Positions 50,620-59,750 of a stretch of DNA of 64,000 nucleotides are shown here, piece by piece. The notes beneath the pieces are model-generated. The model saw nothing but the letters and a program-made list of their open reading frames with translations. It was not told where the DNA came from and did not search any database. The translations under genes and the position numbers were made by a program. Every line of letters begins with the position of its first letter. Within the stretch, counting starts at the first letter, position 1. The stretch is from Saprospiraceae bacterium (lineage in GTDB: Bacteria; Bacteroidota; Bacteroidia; Chitinophagales; Saprospiraceae): positions 12,930 through 76,929 of the forward strand of contig JBBAVI010000011.1 of assembly GCA_040397785.1 (NCBI GenBank), given 5' to 3'.

Positions 50620-51477
50620 CTATTTTTTTACAAATTGGCCTTTTAAAAGCCCGGTCCAGCCCAACCAAACCATCGTATAAATCAGTTTTGCGTCTACCCC
50701 AACCAATATTCTAAGCCGTGGATGTTTTGCCTGAATGGCCTTTTGAATGGCTTTCGCCACTTTTTCGGGCGGGGAGGCAAATCGTGCAGCCGTATTGGCA
50801 ACTGTTATCATTGCCTCCATATTACGGCGATAGTATGAACCATTCGGGCCGGCAAGGGCTGCGGTGGCTATATTAATGTCATTGTTGGTTTTGGTAAAAA
50901 ACGGCGTTTTAATACCACCCGGCATAATGCAGGCGACCTTGATATTGAGTGCCTCCAATTCAAATTTCCAGGATTGACTTAAGCCTAAAACTGCGAATTT
51001 AGAGGTGTGGTAAGCAAATTCCCAAGGAATCCCTATCGCGCTTCCGATCGAGCCGACATTGATAATTTTAGCGCCTGCGGGGTTGTTTTGCCCATTGCGC
51101 TGGAGCAAAGGCAGCATGCGCTGGGTCAAATTGATTAATCCGAAAACATTCACCTCCATCAATTGGCGTACTTTCTTTTCTTCGGAAACTTCAAAAGGTG
51201 CGACATAATTGATTCCGGCATTGTTGATTAAGGCGGCAAGTCCGGCGGATCCTGTTTCTGCATCGATGCGTTCGAACGCGGCGTTAATATCCTGGGCATT
51301 GGTTACATCCAATTGAATGGGCCGGATATGGTCGGGTGCAGCCGCAAGCAACGCCGCAGCATCTTTTTCGTTGCGCACGCCTGCGTACACGATCATTCCC
51401 TGGCGCGCCAAATACAAGGCGGTAGCGTTACCAATGCCTGTGGAGGTGCCGCTGAGTAATACAAATTGAGTTTGCAT
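50620..51477 (-). CDS. Short-chain dehydrogenase/reductase
   Basis: 285 aa with TGTSTGIG, NNAG and YxxxK (YHTSKFAV). Confidence 0.85.
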   Translation of the reverse strand: MQTQFVLLSGTSTGIGNATALYLARQGMIVYAGVRNEKDAAALLAAAPDHIRPIQLDVTNAQDINAAFERIDAETGSAGLAALINNAGINYVAPFEVSEEKKVRQLMEVNVFGLINLTQRMLPLLQRNGQNNPAGAKIINVGSIGSAIGIPWEFAYHTSKFAVLGLSQSWKFELEALNIKVACIMPGGIKTPFFTKTNNDINIATAALAGPNGSYYRRNMEAMITVANTAARFASPPEKVAKAIQKAIQAKHPRLRILVGVDAKLIYTMVWLGWTGLLKGQFVKK

Positions 51478-51529
51478 GTTATGTTTGTTTTAAAAGTGAG
51501 CACTTACTTGCAATTGAAGTTAAAAAAAA

Positions 51530-52066
51530 TCATCCATATTTGGACTTTAGCAACGCGACGATCGTATCCACGCCGTCCATAGCAGGTTGGGTGATGAGTT
51601 GGTTGACCAATCCGTCAAGGGTGAAATACAGGATATTGGCCTCTACTTTAGGATTTTCCCATTCTAATGCCTGTAAAGCAACGATGAGTCGCTGCATGAG
51701 TGGCAACATGTAGGCTGGCGGTCCGGCATCATTTTTTCGATACCTGCGCTGCCATTTGAGGGAAATCTGTAAAGTCCAGAATGCACGCTCTTGCTGGAAG
51801 AGCAAAATGGGCAAATCAATTATTTTATGGATCGCCGTTACATGATTTGCTTCCTGTGAAATATCAATAATAAATGGTTGTAGATGCTCCTGCCCCAATT
51901 CGAGCAGGGCATCCATCAAGCCGTCTTTATTTGTGAAATGCCGAAAAATCAAACCTTCCGATACATGCGCCTCGCGTGCAATCTGGCTCGTGGGCGTAGC
52001 ATCGTAACCTTGTTCAGAAAACAAGCGCAAGGCAGTTTGGAGGATTTGTTCTTTCTTCTCAGTCAT
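51530..52066 (-). CDS. TetR-family transcriptional regulator
   Basis: 178 aa with the N-terminal HTH LFSEQGYDATPTSQIAREAHVSEGLIFRHF. Confidence 0.85.
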   Translation of the reverse strand: MTEKKEQILQTALRLFSEQGYDATPTSQIAREAHVSEGLIFRHFTNKDGLMDALLELGQEHLQPFIIDISQEANHVTAIHKIIDLPILLFQQERAFWTLQISLKWQRRYRKNDAGPPAYMLPLMQRLIVALQALEWENPKVEANILYFTLDGLVNQLITQPAMDGVDTIVALLKSKYG

Positions 52067-52070
52067 AAAA

Positions 52071-52095
52071 TTGTGAGTAATCGCTCACAAAGGTA
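52071..52095 (-). promoter_or_regulatory. Candidate TetR operator (7-6-7 inverted repeat TTGTGAG-n6-CTCACAA) overlapping a TACCTTTG -7 box
   Basis: The inverted repeat is at 52071-52090 and the -7 box at 52088-52095 (minus strand). Both lie within 30 nt upstream of the tetR ATG at 52066. Confidence 0.45.
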
Positions 52096-52157
52096 TGGGG
52101 TTAATTTATTTCTTCCAAATTATTTTAAATAATTTAAAAATCCTGCTGTTTAAACGG

Positions 52158-52487
52158 TTACCCAATAATCCGATCATCTTTTGCCGCATACCGCGCAAAA
52201 CCCAACAATGCCCCGGTCACCATGATGTTGCGGAATACATTTACCATTTCCAGTTCCATTTCTCGGGCAAGGTTTTCGGCCATAATTTCCGCACCAATTT
52301 CATGGCCCATGGCGCGTGGAATATGTACCAGCACGGCCATTAGGATCACATAAACCGACATACAGGTGTAGGCTAATTTGTCGTACTTACCGACCACTGC
52401 GCTGATGATAAACAGCGCGATACACAGTGCTGTGAAATAATTCCCAAAAAGCGCATCAGGACGCGGATATTTTAAAAGCGCAAGACT
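52158..52487 (-). pseudogene. 5'-truncated membrane-protein gene remnant (DoxX-like?)
   Basis: The minus frame is open from 52487, but there is no ATG before the GTG at 52397. The hydrophobic helices are NYFTALCIALFIISAVVG and SVYVILMAVLV. The frame runs into the antisense of the AraC fragment. Confidence 0.4.
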
Positions 52488-52789
52488 TTATAGAATCCAA
52501 TGCCCATCAAAAGATCACCGTTTCTGCGGTTTCTGAAAAAATGGCTATGAGTGAGCGCTCCTTTATTCGGCGCTTTAAATTGGCTACTGGCAATACGCCT
52601 TCCGAATATATTCAACGGGTAAAAGTAGAACACGCCAAACAACGCCTGGAGGAAGGGAAAGACAATATCAAGGAGGTTTCATACAGCACAGGGTATGAGG
52701 ATTTGAAGTATTTCCGCGATGTATTCAAGCGATATACCGGACTTACCCCTTTGGAGTATCGTCGTATGTTTTCTTTTGAGGGGCAATAG
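52436..52789 (+). pseudogene. AraC/GlxA-family regulator remnant: C-terminal HTH region only
   Basis: The open frame from 52436 reads ...DILKAQDFIESNAHQKITVSAVSEKMAMSERSFIRRFKLATGNTPSEYIQRVKVEHAKQRL...YEDLKYFRDVFKRYTGLTPLEYRR. This is a complete dual-HTH AraC C-terminus with no N-terminal sensor domain and no start codon before Met 52541. Confidence 0.6.
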
Positions 52790-52878
52790 TGTACTTGCCT
52801 GGTTGTCTATCCATTTATGCCTATTTTTAAATCTCGCAATTCTGCGGCGGTGTATTTGAGTGAATTCGGGTTTAAGTA

Positions 52879-55800
52879 CTAACGCAAAATCGTGATGATC
52901 GGAAAATCCTGTCCATAACCGTAACTTGACGGGTACTGCGGCGAACCTTTATACCGCGCCGTGACATCGGGTACTTTTTCCTGCAAATAAGCATCCAACT
53001 CCTTCACCGTCAGTTTTTTATCGCCGGTATCACCCGCACCTTTGAAGGCCTCCAGTAAACAATACGTAAATGCACCATGCCCCAATTGGGCAAACTCAGA
53101 AGCAAATTGTGCACTTCCAGAGGCCGTTAGCCAATGCGTGCCGGTGGAGCGGGCAAGTTGGGCAATGGCTTTTTCTTCGGCCGCACCCCGCGCCACAACC
53201 ACCTGCTCCAATGCGCCTGCCGACTGACAAGCATCCAGGATAAACAATTGTTTTTGGGCTTTTATTTCCTTCGAATAGCTTTGTAGTTCATTGGCACTCA
53301 GTCCTTTTTGCGCCAGGGCTTCATCATTTCCATACAACTGGGTTACATCTTGCGGCACCAGGAAAAAGGTCTTTTGATCGTTGATGACCCCATGACCGGC
53401 ATAGTAAAACAAGAACAAATCTTGTGGATTGGCGGTGGCTTTCACTTTATCGAGGGCCGCTACGATCCCCGCTTTTGTGGCTTGTTCGTTGGTGATAAAA
53501 ATGGTGTTTACCTTGCTAAAAATACTTTTAGCACCTTGTTCGATGGCATCTTTAAAGGCCAATGCATCCGCTTGTGCATAGTTCAGGCTGTATTTTGGGT
53601 TTTTATAGGTATTAATCCCGATGACCACCAAGTGCAATTGCAGACCACCCGTAGTGCTTGTATTTTTGTTTGATCCAGCCAGGAAAATCACCATCTCTGC
53701 CGGTACGGATTCGGTGCGTTGTTTGTTGATGGCGACTGCACGGATCGTGTTTTCACCGGGTAAAAGCGGGAGGGTGTATGATTTGTTAAATTGACTATTG
53801 CTGGCATTTTCCTCCTCTACGATCAGGTTGCGGGTGCTGGACTCGACCAATTTTCCATTCAGAAACAGTCGGATTTCGGCAATTTCACCGTCTTTGCTGG
53901 CTGCTTCCAGTTGGATATTTACCGAGGATTGCGTGGCGTCGTACACCTCCAATTTGGGGTCGTTGCGCTTTTTGCCACCGTTAAACATCATTTTGATGGT
54001 AGGAAGGGGCTTTAATTGCTTGATATTGGGCAGGTTTTGTGGCAAATTTTGGTCCCACACCTGGGAAAGTAAGCCCGGTACGTAATATTGCTCGTATAAA
54101 CTTTCCAGTGGAATAATTTCGTTACCCCGGCTGTAATACATTTTCTGCATAGCGCCCGCAGAAGCATCGAAGCGCCCATCGGGGGTAAAAACAACCCAGT
54201 CCTCGGTTTCTTCAAAAAGTAAAATCCGAGCCACCTGCCGCTTTTTTTCCAAATCGTATATGCTCAATCCGCTGCTTTCGGAAGTAACCAGGTAGCGTTC
54301 ATTGCGCATGAAAAAAACATCTCCGCCGCGCTCTTCCGGGCATTTAATCACATGGGTTTGCTTTTGGGTAATTACGTCTACAATGGCAAGGTCATCGCCC
54401 ACTGCATCATTTGTCTTGTTGTTAAGTTGCACCGCCGCTGTCTTTCCGGAAGGAGAAAGGGTCGTCCACCATTCCGTAGCCGGGAGTTGGCAGGTGGCTT
54501 TGTTGGGCGTTCCGGTGGCCGCATCCAGCCAGATCAGTTGATCTTTTTCGGTGAAACTGGCCGTTTTACCACCATTTTCGAACCGAACATTATCGAGCCA
54601 GTTGCCAACATGCTGCCAAAGGATCCGTTTACCCACTAAATCATAACAATACACCAAATCAAAACCTTCCGATCCATCGGTGCGAAAAAGCAGCCGTGAT
54701 TTGTCGGGCGAAAGGTCACAGATGTAATTATGGCCGCTTTCATACAACACGTAACCGCTGGAGGCTTCCGGTTTGGGCACAAAACTCCGCAGCTTGTAGT
54801 TTTTTAAGTCAATAATATAAATCCCTTCATTGGCCACAGCCGCCAGAAAACCTGCCGCCTCAAATATCCGCAAACCCACCAGTCCGACAGCTGGTATGGT
54901 TTCTATTTGTTTATAAACGAGTTCTTTGCTACTCGGATCAAATTCATACAATCCCTGGGTATTTACCACCACAAATCCGCGTTTGCCATCGGCGGTAAGT
55001 CGATAAACACAATTTGCATTTTCCACCGGTGCTTTAAACCGCTTCACATGCAGGCTATTTTGGTCAAAATACAACGCACGGTCTTGCAACCATAAGCCAT
55101 CGGTGTGTTGCATGGAATAATTTTGTTCGGCATGCAAAGGCGTGTATCCGTATTTACCTTGATACACGTCGCCCGGCATCGCATATTTACCCATCGTGAT
55201 CCCCATGATATAATATTTTCCAGACGGGGCAAAACGCAGGTTTTGGGGGCCATTTATACCGTAACCAGGATATTCGAATTTGCTGATGGCGCTTGCCGTA
55301 AAATTGCGCACATCAAAAATCCGGTATTCCCCCTGGTATTCGAGCGCAAGTTGGTTGGCATTAATTGGGTAGGCCTCCGTAATACTCATCGGATCTATAT
55401 CTGATTCGACGCGGAACAGCTCTAAAGATTTGCGTTTCGACTGGCCGCTGTTGGCGTCTAATTCTTCCAAAAAGAAGGTCTTTTCATCTTCACCAGAAAA
55501 GGCCAGTAAATTGCCATTGGGCAGGTAAGTGTACGGAAAGGTTTTTTTATCGTAATTTTTTACTAACTTTTTGGTATTCAGGTTGATAATACGCGTTCCC
55601 ATCACCTGATCGTACAAAAGCAATTGTTGCTCATCGAGGCTCAGGCTTAGGCGGTTGATGGCGTGGGTGGCCATGGTTTTTACCGTATAGGCGTATATCG
55701 TGGACGAAATTCCTGTTGCAAGGGTAATTTTTTGCACAAAAAGGTTGTCATATTGCGCCGTTTCGCGGCCGCCGCCATACAACGTTTTCCCATCGGCGGA

Positions 55801-56178
55801 AAAAATCAGCGTTCCCAGGGTATGGGCTAATTTGATTTTTTGCGTCAACACAAAACGATTGAGGTTGTATAGGTACAAGGTATCGGCGTTTTGGAAAGCC
55901 AGCCATTGATTATCGGAACTTACCGTGAGTATATGCTCAAAGTTGAGTTGTCGGCCGCCAGTGTATGTAGGGAACATGATGTTTTTGAGCAGCCGTCGGG
56001 TTTCGTTTTCCCAAATTTTTATTTCTGAAGCCCCCGCTGTAATCAGGTATTTTTCATCATGTGTAAAAACAACATTATCAGCATAGTGCCGTGCGGGAAA
56101 AATCAATGCTGGCGCTTCTGTTTGTGCCAGAGAAACAAAAGCCTGAAGCAAAAGTAGAATGGAAAAGAGGTATTTCAT
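52879..56178 (-). CDS. Secreted beta-propeller (WD40-like) protein with C-terminal caspase-like C14 peptidase domain
   Basis: 1099 aa with the signal peptide MKYLFSILLLLQAFVSLAQ. About 800 aa are repeat-rich and beta-propeller-like, followed by an Ig-like segment and then a caspase fold. The His motif is FYYAGHG (His codon 53392-53394). The Cys motif is FILDACQSAG (Cys codon 53227-53229). Confidence 0.8.
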   Translation of the reverse strand: MKYLFSILLLLQAFVSLAQTEAPALIFPARHYADNVVFTHDEKYLITAGASEIKIWENETRRLLKNIMFPTYTGGRQLNFEHILTVSSDNQWLAFQNADTLYLYNLNRFVLTQKIKLAHTLGTLIFSADGKTLYGGGRETAQYDNLFVQKITLATGISSTIYAYTVKTMATHAINRLSLSLDEQQLLLYDQVMGTRIINLNTKKLVKNYDKKTFPYTYLPNGNLLAFSGEDEKTFFLEELDANSGQSKRKSLELFRVESDIDPMSITEAYPINANQLALEYQGEYRIFDVRNFTASAISKFEYPGYGINGPQNLRFAPSGKYYIMGITMGKYAMPGDVYQGKYGYTPLHAEQNYSMQHTDGLWLQDRALYFDQNSLHVKRFKAPVENANCVYRLTADGKRGFVVVNTQGLYEFDPSSKELVYKQIETIPAVGLVGLRIFEAAGFLAAVANEGIYIIDLKNYKLRSFVPKPEASSGYVLYESGHNYICDLSPDKSRLLFRTDGSEGFDLVYCYDLVGKRILWQHVGNWLDNVRFENGGKTASFTEKDQLIWLDAATGTPNKATCQLPATEWWTTLSPSGKTAAVQLNNKTNDAVGDDLAIVDVITQKQTHVIKCPEERGGDVFFMRNERYLVTSESSGLSIYDLEKKRQVARILLFEETEDWVVFTPDGRFDASAGAMQKMYYSRGNEIIPLESLYEQYYVPGLLSQVWDQNLPQNLPNIKQLKPLPTIKMMFNGGKKRNDPKLEVYDATQSSVNIQLEAASKDGEIAEIRLFLNGKLVESSTRNLIVEEENASNSQFNKSYTLPLLPGENTIRAVAINKQRTESVPAEMVIFLAGSNKNTSTTGGLQLHLVVIGINTYKNPKYSLNYAQADALAFKDAIEQGAKSIFSKVNTIFITNEQATKAGIVAALDKVKATANPQDLFLFYYAGHGVINDQKTFFLVPQDVTQLYGNDEALAQKGLSANELQSYSKEIKAQKQLFILDACQSAGALEQVVVARGAAEEKAIAQLARSTGTHWLTASGSAQFASEFAQLGHGAFTYCLLEAFKGAGDTGDKKLTVKELDAYLQEKVPDVTARYKGSPQYPSSYGYGQDFPIITILR

Positions 56179-56217
56179 GTTGGAATATTTGATTGTTTAT
56201 AACCGCTGCGCTGAATT

Positions 56218-57213
56218 TTACTCTTTACCCGTTTCAATTTTTACCCCAAAACGGTTGCCGCCCAAGGCATACAATTGAATTTTAAGCAACACACCAAGAT
56301 CTTGATCGTCAAAGGTTTGTACTTTCCAAACATGGGTATTGCCCGTATTGGTGCTGTATGCTGCTTTGTACACCAGGCGGTATTCCAGACCTTCGAGGCT
56401 TGCAATACTTTTCAAGGTTTCATCGTAATAGGTACGGGCCTCGTTCAGCGCATCAAAGTTCCTTCTGGCTTCCAGGCGCCATTGCCCGGCGGCATTTTTG
56501 CGAATAATGGTTTGTTCGGCGCCATCAAAAGCAATGGCTGCGATAAATTCATCTTTTTTACCTTCAATCGGGGTGGCCCGCAAGTCTTTAAGATCCTGCT
56601 CCGCCGCACTTTTCAGGTAGGTATTAAGCGCCAGGGTTTGGGTTTCATCGGCTTTAGGCGCCGGAGCAACACCGTCCTCAACGGGCTCGTCGTTAAACAG
56701 GTTGTCCGGCACATCAAAGCTGGGTTCTTGGGCAAATTCAGTATCCGGCAGGTTGGCAGCAATAACGATTTTATTGTTAAAAAACCAAAGCATTGAAACC
56801 GTGCCCTCTGCTGTTTTATTCAATAACCAGTGGTTGGCAAGGCTGGGATGGGTGGCGGGACCTAAATCGGCCGTAAGCAAAGCCTCCAACGTATCGGCGT
56901 CTTCAAATTCAAAAATTACCTCGTACAAAGGCCGGTAACCATCCATGTCAAAAATATAAGAGATGCCCAGCAAACCTTTTTCCTGGATAGGCCAGTAATA
57001 CTCCTGGCGAAAATTAATGCCGCTGTCCACTTTTTTAACCGGAAAACGGCGGCTCAGAAAAGTATCTAAAGGCGTAGTGATCGGCACATTTTGGTTGGCC
57101 GTAACGGTGGCAAAAATTTCACCATACTCCTTTCTGGTAGCACCGCTTTGGGCATAGATTAAATCATTGAAAATCAAAAAAATATACAGAATATGCAGGA
57201 TTCGCTTGTTCAT
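56218..57213 (-). CDS. Secreted hypothetical protein
   Basis: 331 aa with the signal peptide MNKRILHILYIFLIFNDLIYAQ. No family recognised. It is co-directional with its neighbours, with 39- and 41-nt gaps. Confidence 0.6.
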   Translation of the reverse strand: MNKRILHILYIFLIFNDLIYAQSGATRKEYGEIFATVTANQNVPITTPLDTFLSRRFPVKKVDSGINFRQEYYWPIQEKGLLGISYIFDMDGYRPLYEVIFEFEDADTLEALLTADLGPATHPSLANHWLLNKTAEGTVSMLWFFNNKIVIAANLPDTEFAQEPSFDVPDNLFNDEPVEDGVAPAPKADETQTLALNTYLKSAAEQDLKDLRATPIEGKKDEFIAAIAFDGAEQTIIRKNAAGQWRLEARRNFDALNEARTYYDETLKSIASLEGLEYRLVYKAAYSTNTGNTHVWKVQTFDDQDLGVLLKIQLYALGGNRFGVKIETGKE

Positions 57214-57254
57214 GTTGCGACAGATTTATTTGAAAAAAGGAGCATGTGCAAGGA

Positions 57255-58991
57255 TTATAAAGAAAAGCCCAGGGTCATACCCATACGTATTTGAAAACCC
57301 CAATAGGTTTCTTTTCGGGCAGATAAAAAGGCGTTGCTGAAATTGTAATCGGCGCGCGGATAGGCAGGGTTGTTGAGGTCGAACAGGTTATACGTGGCGC
57401 CCAAGCCAAAGTAGAAATCGGCGCCAAAGGGGCGGTGCTGCCAAAGTTGTCCAAAATTCAACATAACACCATAAGCGGTAAGTTTTGGGGTAAAAGGCAA
57501 GTCTGTGGTGATCGCAACACCACTCGTTTTATCTAGTACGGCACTCATTTGAGGCTGATAATTGCGTTCATTGTAGGTAAGCAAAAAGCCACTATACCCG
57601 CGGGATGCACTACGCTCGGATTTCAATTTTTTGTATCCGAAGTGGGCATAGAAACCGTCCCAATGCGGGTTCGGGAAATCTGTCAGGTTATCGGCATTGC
57701 TCAGCCGCTCGTTCTGGAGGTAATCCTGGTCATTTTTGGCCTTCATGTAAGAAAACTCGAGCATCGATTGGCCAATTGGAAGGTTGATCACGCCGCCTAA
57801 ATCAATATATTGCGGACGTTGCACTATGCGTAAAACATAAGCGCCTACATACATACGGTTTCTGTTGGCGCGTTTTGCGGCCCGCTCTTGCCGTTTTTGG
57901 GCTTCCTGGGCGCGCTTTTGGGCTGCTGCGCGGCATCGATTGGCTGTTTCCTCGATGGCTTTCGCTTTGTTGACATCCCCAAATTTTTTAAAATAAGCCG
58001 CCAGGCGCTCATATTCTGCACAATTGTCGGAGCCGATTTGTGGTAAAATTTTATTGCAAAATTTCCAGCCGCCTGCCGATTCACCCGCCTGTTCAAATAA
58101 GGGCAACAAATCCCAGCATTGCGCATTGGTAAAACCGTAACCCAAATCCAGGGCCTGGCTGTAAAACTGGCCGGCCAGGGCATTCATATCGCCTGAACGG
58201 TGCAAATCCTCCGCAATTGAAAACGAGGCCGACCCGTTTTTATCCCAACCCACAGGGGCCGATTTACCGGTGAGGAACAAATCCGCCACGGATTTCAGGA
58301 GCACGGTACCAAAATTAACCCGATTCATATCAGCCCGTTGGGTTGCATCCATTTTGGCGTACAAATCAATCATTTTTCGGGCTTGATCTATTTTACCTGG
58401 TTTTTCTACGGTAAAGTCATACAGGTACTTATGCATAAAAAATGTTACTACATAGTATCCTTCCGGTTGTAGATCAAATACCTTTTGCGCATATTTTCTC
58501 AAATTGACGGCATCTGTCTTTTTGAAATAGTATTCGGCCAATTCGCCATAAAAGCGCTGTCGGGTTTGCAAAAAGGCAGTATATTCAATGACAAATGCCT
58601 TTCCGCCGGATTGATACCGAAAAGGGAATTCGGTAGGGCCCAGTCGATCGAATTCGCTTTCAATGGATTTTAGTAGCTGGTCGCCTAGGCCTGTATCCGT
58701 GTTGCCCAGTTTGTTGTAGTACACTTCCGCCCGCAAATGGACCAGCACTGCCAGGAAATATTTTGCGGTACGCTTTTCTTCTGCCGTTCCTTTTTTGAGC
58801 ACGCTTTTCAGGAGTATTTCGGCATTATCCGCTAGTTTTAACAAACTGGCAGGATCTACATCCGGTTTAGTGGAGGATTCGGTGATGGTTTGATAAACGC
58901 GGACTGCATTTTCGAGTTGCTGCTCGGTTTGTGCCATAGCAGTCAAGTGCAACATGGTGAGCATGCTGCCAATCAAGTAGTATTTTTTCAT
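57255..58991 (-). CDS. Secreted hypothetical protein: N-terminal helical (TPR-like) region, basic coiled coil, C-terminal beta-rich (possible outer-membrane barrel) region
   Basis: 578 aa with the signal peptide MKKYYLIGSMLTMLHLTAMAQ. The central segment is AAAQKRAQEAQKRQERAAKRANR. The last ~200 aa show alternating aromatic/Gly strand patterns and end in ...RMGMTLGFSL. Confidence 0.6.
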   Translation of the reverse strand: MKKYYLIGSMLTMLHLTAMAQTEQQLENAVRVYQTITESSTKPDVDPASLLKLADNAEILLKSVLKKGTAEEKRTAKYFLAVLVHLRAEVYYNKLGNTDTGLGDQLLKSIESEFDRLGPTEFPFRYQSGGKAFVIEYTAFLQTRQRFYGELAEYYFKKTDAVNLRKYAQKVFDLQPEGYYVVTFFMHKYLYDFTVEKPGKIDQARKMIDLYAKMDATQRADMNRVNFGTVLLKSVADLFLTGKSAPVGWDKNGSASFSIAEDLHRSGDMNALAGQFYSQALDLGYGFTNAQCWDLLPLFEQAGESAGGWKFCNKILPQIGSDNCAEYERLAAYFKKFGDVNKAKAIEETANRCRAAAQKRAQEAQKRQERAAKRANRNRMYVGAYVLRIVQRPQYIDLGGVINLPIGQSMLEFSYMKAKNDQDYLQNERLSNADNLTDFPNPHWDGFYAHFGYKKLKSERSASRGYSGFLLTYNERNYQPQMSAVLDKTSGVAITTDLPFTPKLTAYGVMLNFGQLWQHRPFGADFYFGLGATYNLFDLNNPAYPRADYNFSNAFLSARKETYWGFQIRMGMTLGFSL

Positions 58992-58992
58992 A

Positions 58993-59637
58993 TCAGATGA
59001 TTCCTTTGCGACGGGCCTGTTCGACGGCGGCGGTTTTATTGTTTACCTGAAGTTTTCTGTAAACATGTTCAATATGGGTTCGTACGGTGCCGGTCGAAAC
59101 AATTAGGTTGTTGGCTACTTGTTGGTAGCTCAGACCTCGGCTCAATTGTTCTAAAATTTCAACTTCGCGGGGAGTAAGATTATGTTCGGGCGTTTCGGCG
59201 GGCGGGGTGCCCCGACGCATCATTTGTAGTGCTTTTCGGGCAACGGCGGGCGACATTGGTGCGCCGCCTTCCAATGCTTCATGGAGGTTGCGGTGTAAAC
59301 TTTCTGGTGTTTCATCTTTTAACAAATAACCATCGGCACCCGCAAGAATGGCATCAAAAATGTGGTTTTCATCTTCAAAAACCGTTGCCATCACCACTTT
59401 TACCTGTGGATACAGATCTTTAAGCGCCTGGGTGGCCACAATTCCATTCATTTCAGGCATATTAATATCCATCAGCACCAAATCGGGTTTGTGGAAGCAG
59501 CCTTCGAGCCATTGCAGCAGCAAGCGGCCATTCATGGCCACGTGCACCACCTGAAAATCGGCAGAGGCCTCTACATTTTCCTGTAACATCCGCGCCAAAC
59601 GCGGCAGGTCTTCAGCAATGGCGATGTGGTATGGCAT
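58993..59637 (-). CDS. NarL/LuxR-family response regulator
   Basis: The start was moved to MPYHIAIAEDLP. It has a REC domain (LVLMDINMPEMNG) and a LuxR HTH (LTPREVEILEQLSRGLSYQQVANNLIVSTGTVRTHIEHVYRKL). The stop codon is 1 nt from the next gene's start. Confidence 0.9.
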   Translation of the reverse strand: MPYHIAIAEDLPRLARMLQENVEASADFQVVHVAMNGRLLLQWLEGCFHKPDLVLMDINMPEMNGIVATQALKDLYPQVKVVMATVFEDENHIFDAILAGADGYLLKDETPESLHRNLHEALEGGAPMSPAVARKALQMMRRGTPPAETPEHNLTPREVEILEQLSRGLSYQQVANNLIVSTGTVRTHIEHVYRKLQVNNKTAAVEQARRKGII

Positions 59638-59688
59638 GCGTGGACTGGGTTTGCGGCTGCTTATTTCGAAGCAACCTGTTCTACACGA

Positions 59689-59739
59689 CAAAGGTAGGCT
59701 TCCTTTTCTTGTCGGCTTATCCGACGAATATCGGATATT
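59689..59739 (-). promoter_or_regulatory. Candidate regulated promoter: 22-bp palindrome TATCCGACGAATATCGGATATT, 21-nt spacer, -7 box TACCTTTG
   Basis: The palindrome is at 59718-59739 (inverted repeat TATCCGA/TCGGATA) and the box at 59689-59696, 51 nt upstream of the regulator ATG. A near-identical module occurs at 63122-63172. Confidence 0.5.
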
Positions 59740-59750
59740 GCGGGTAAGGC

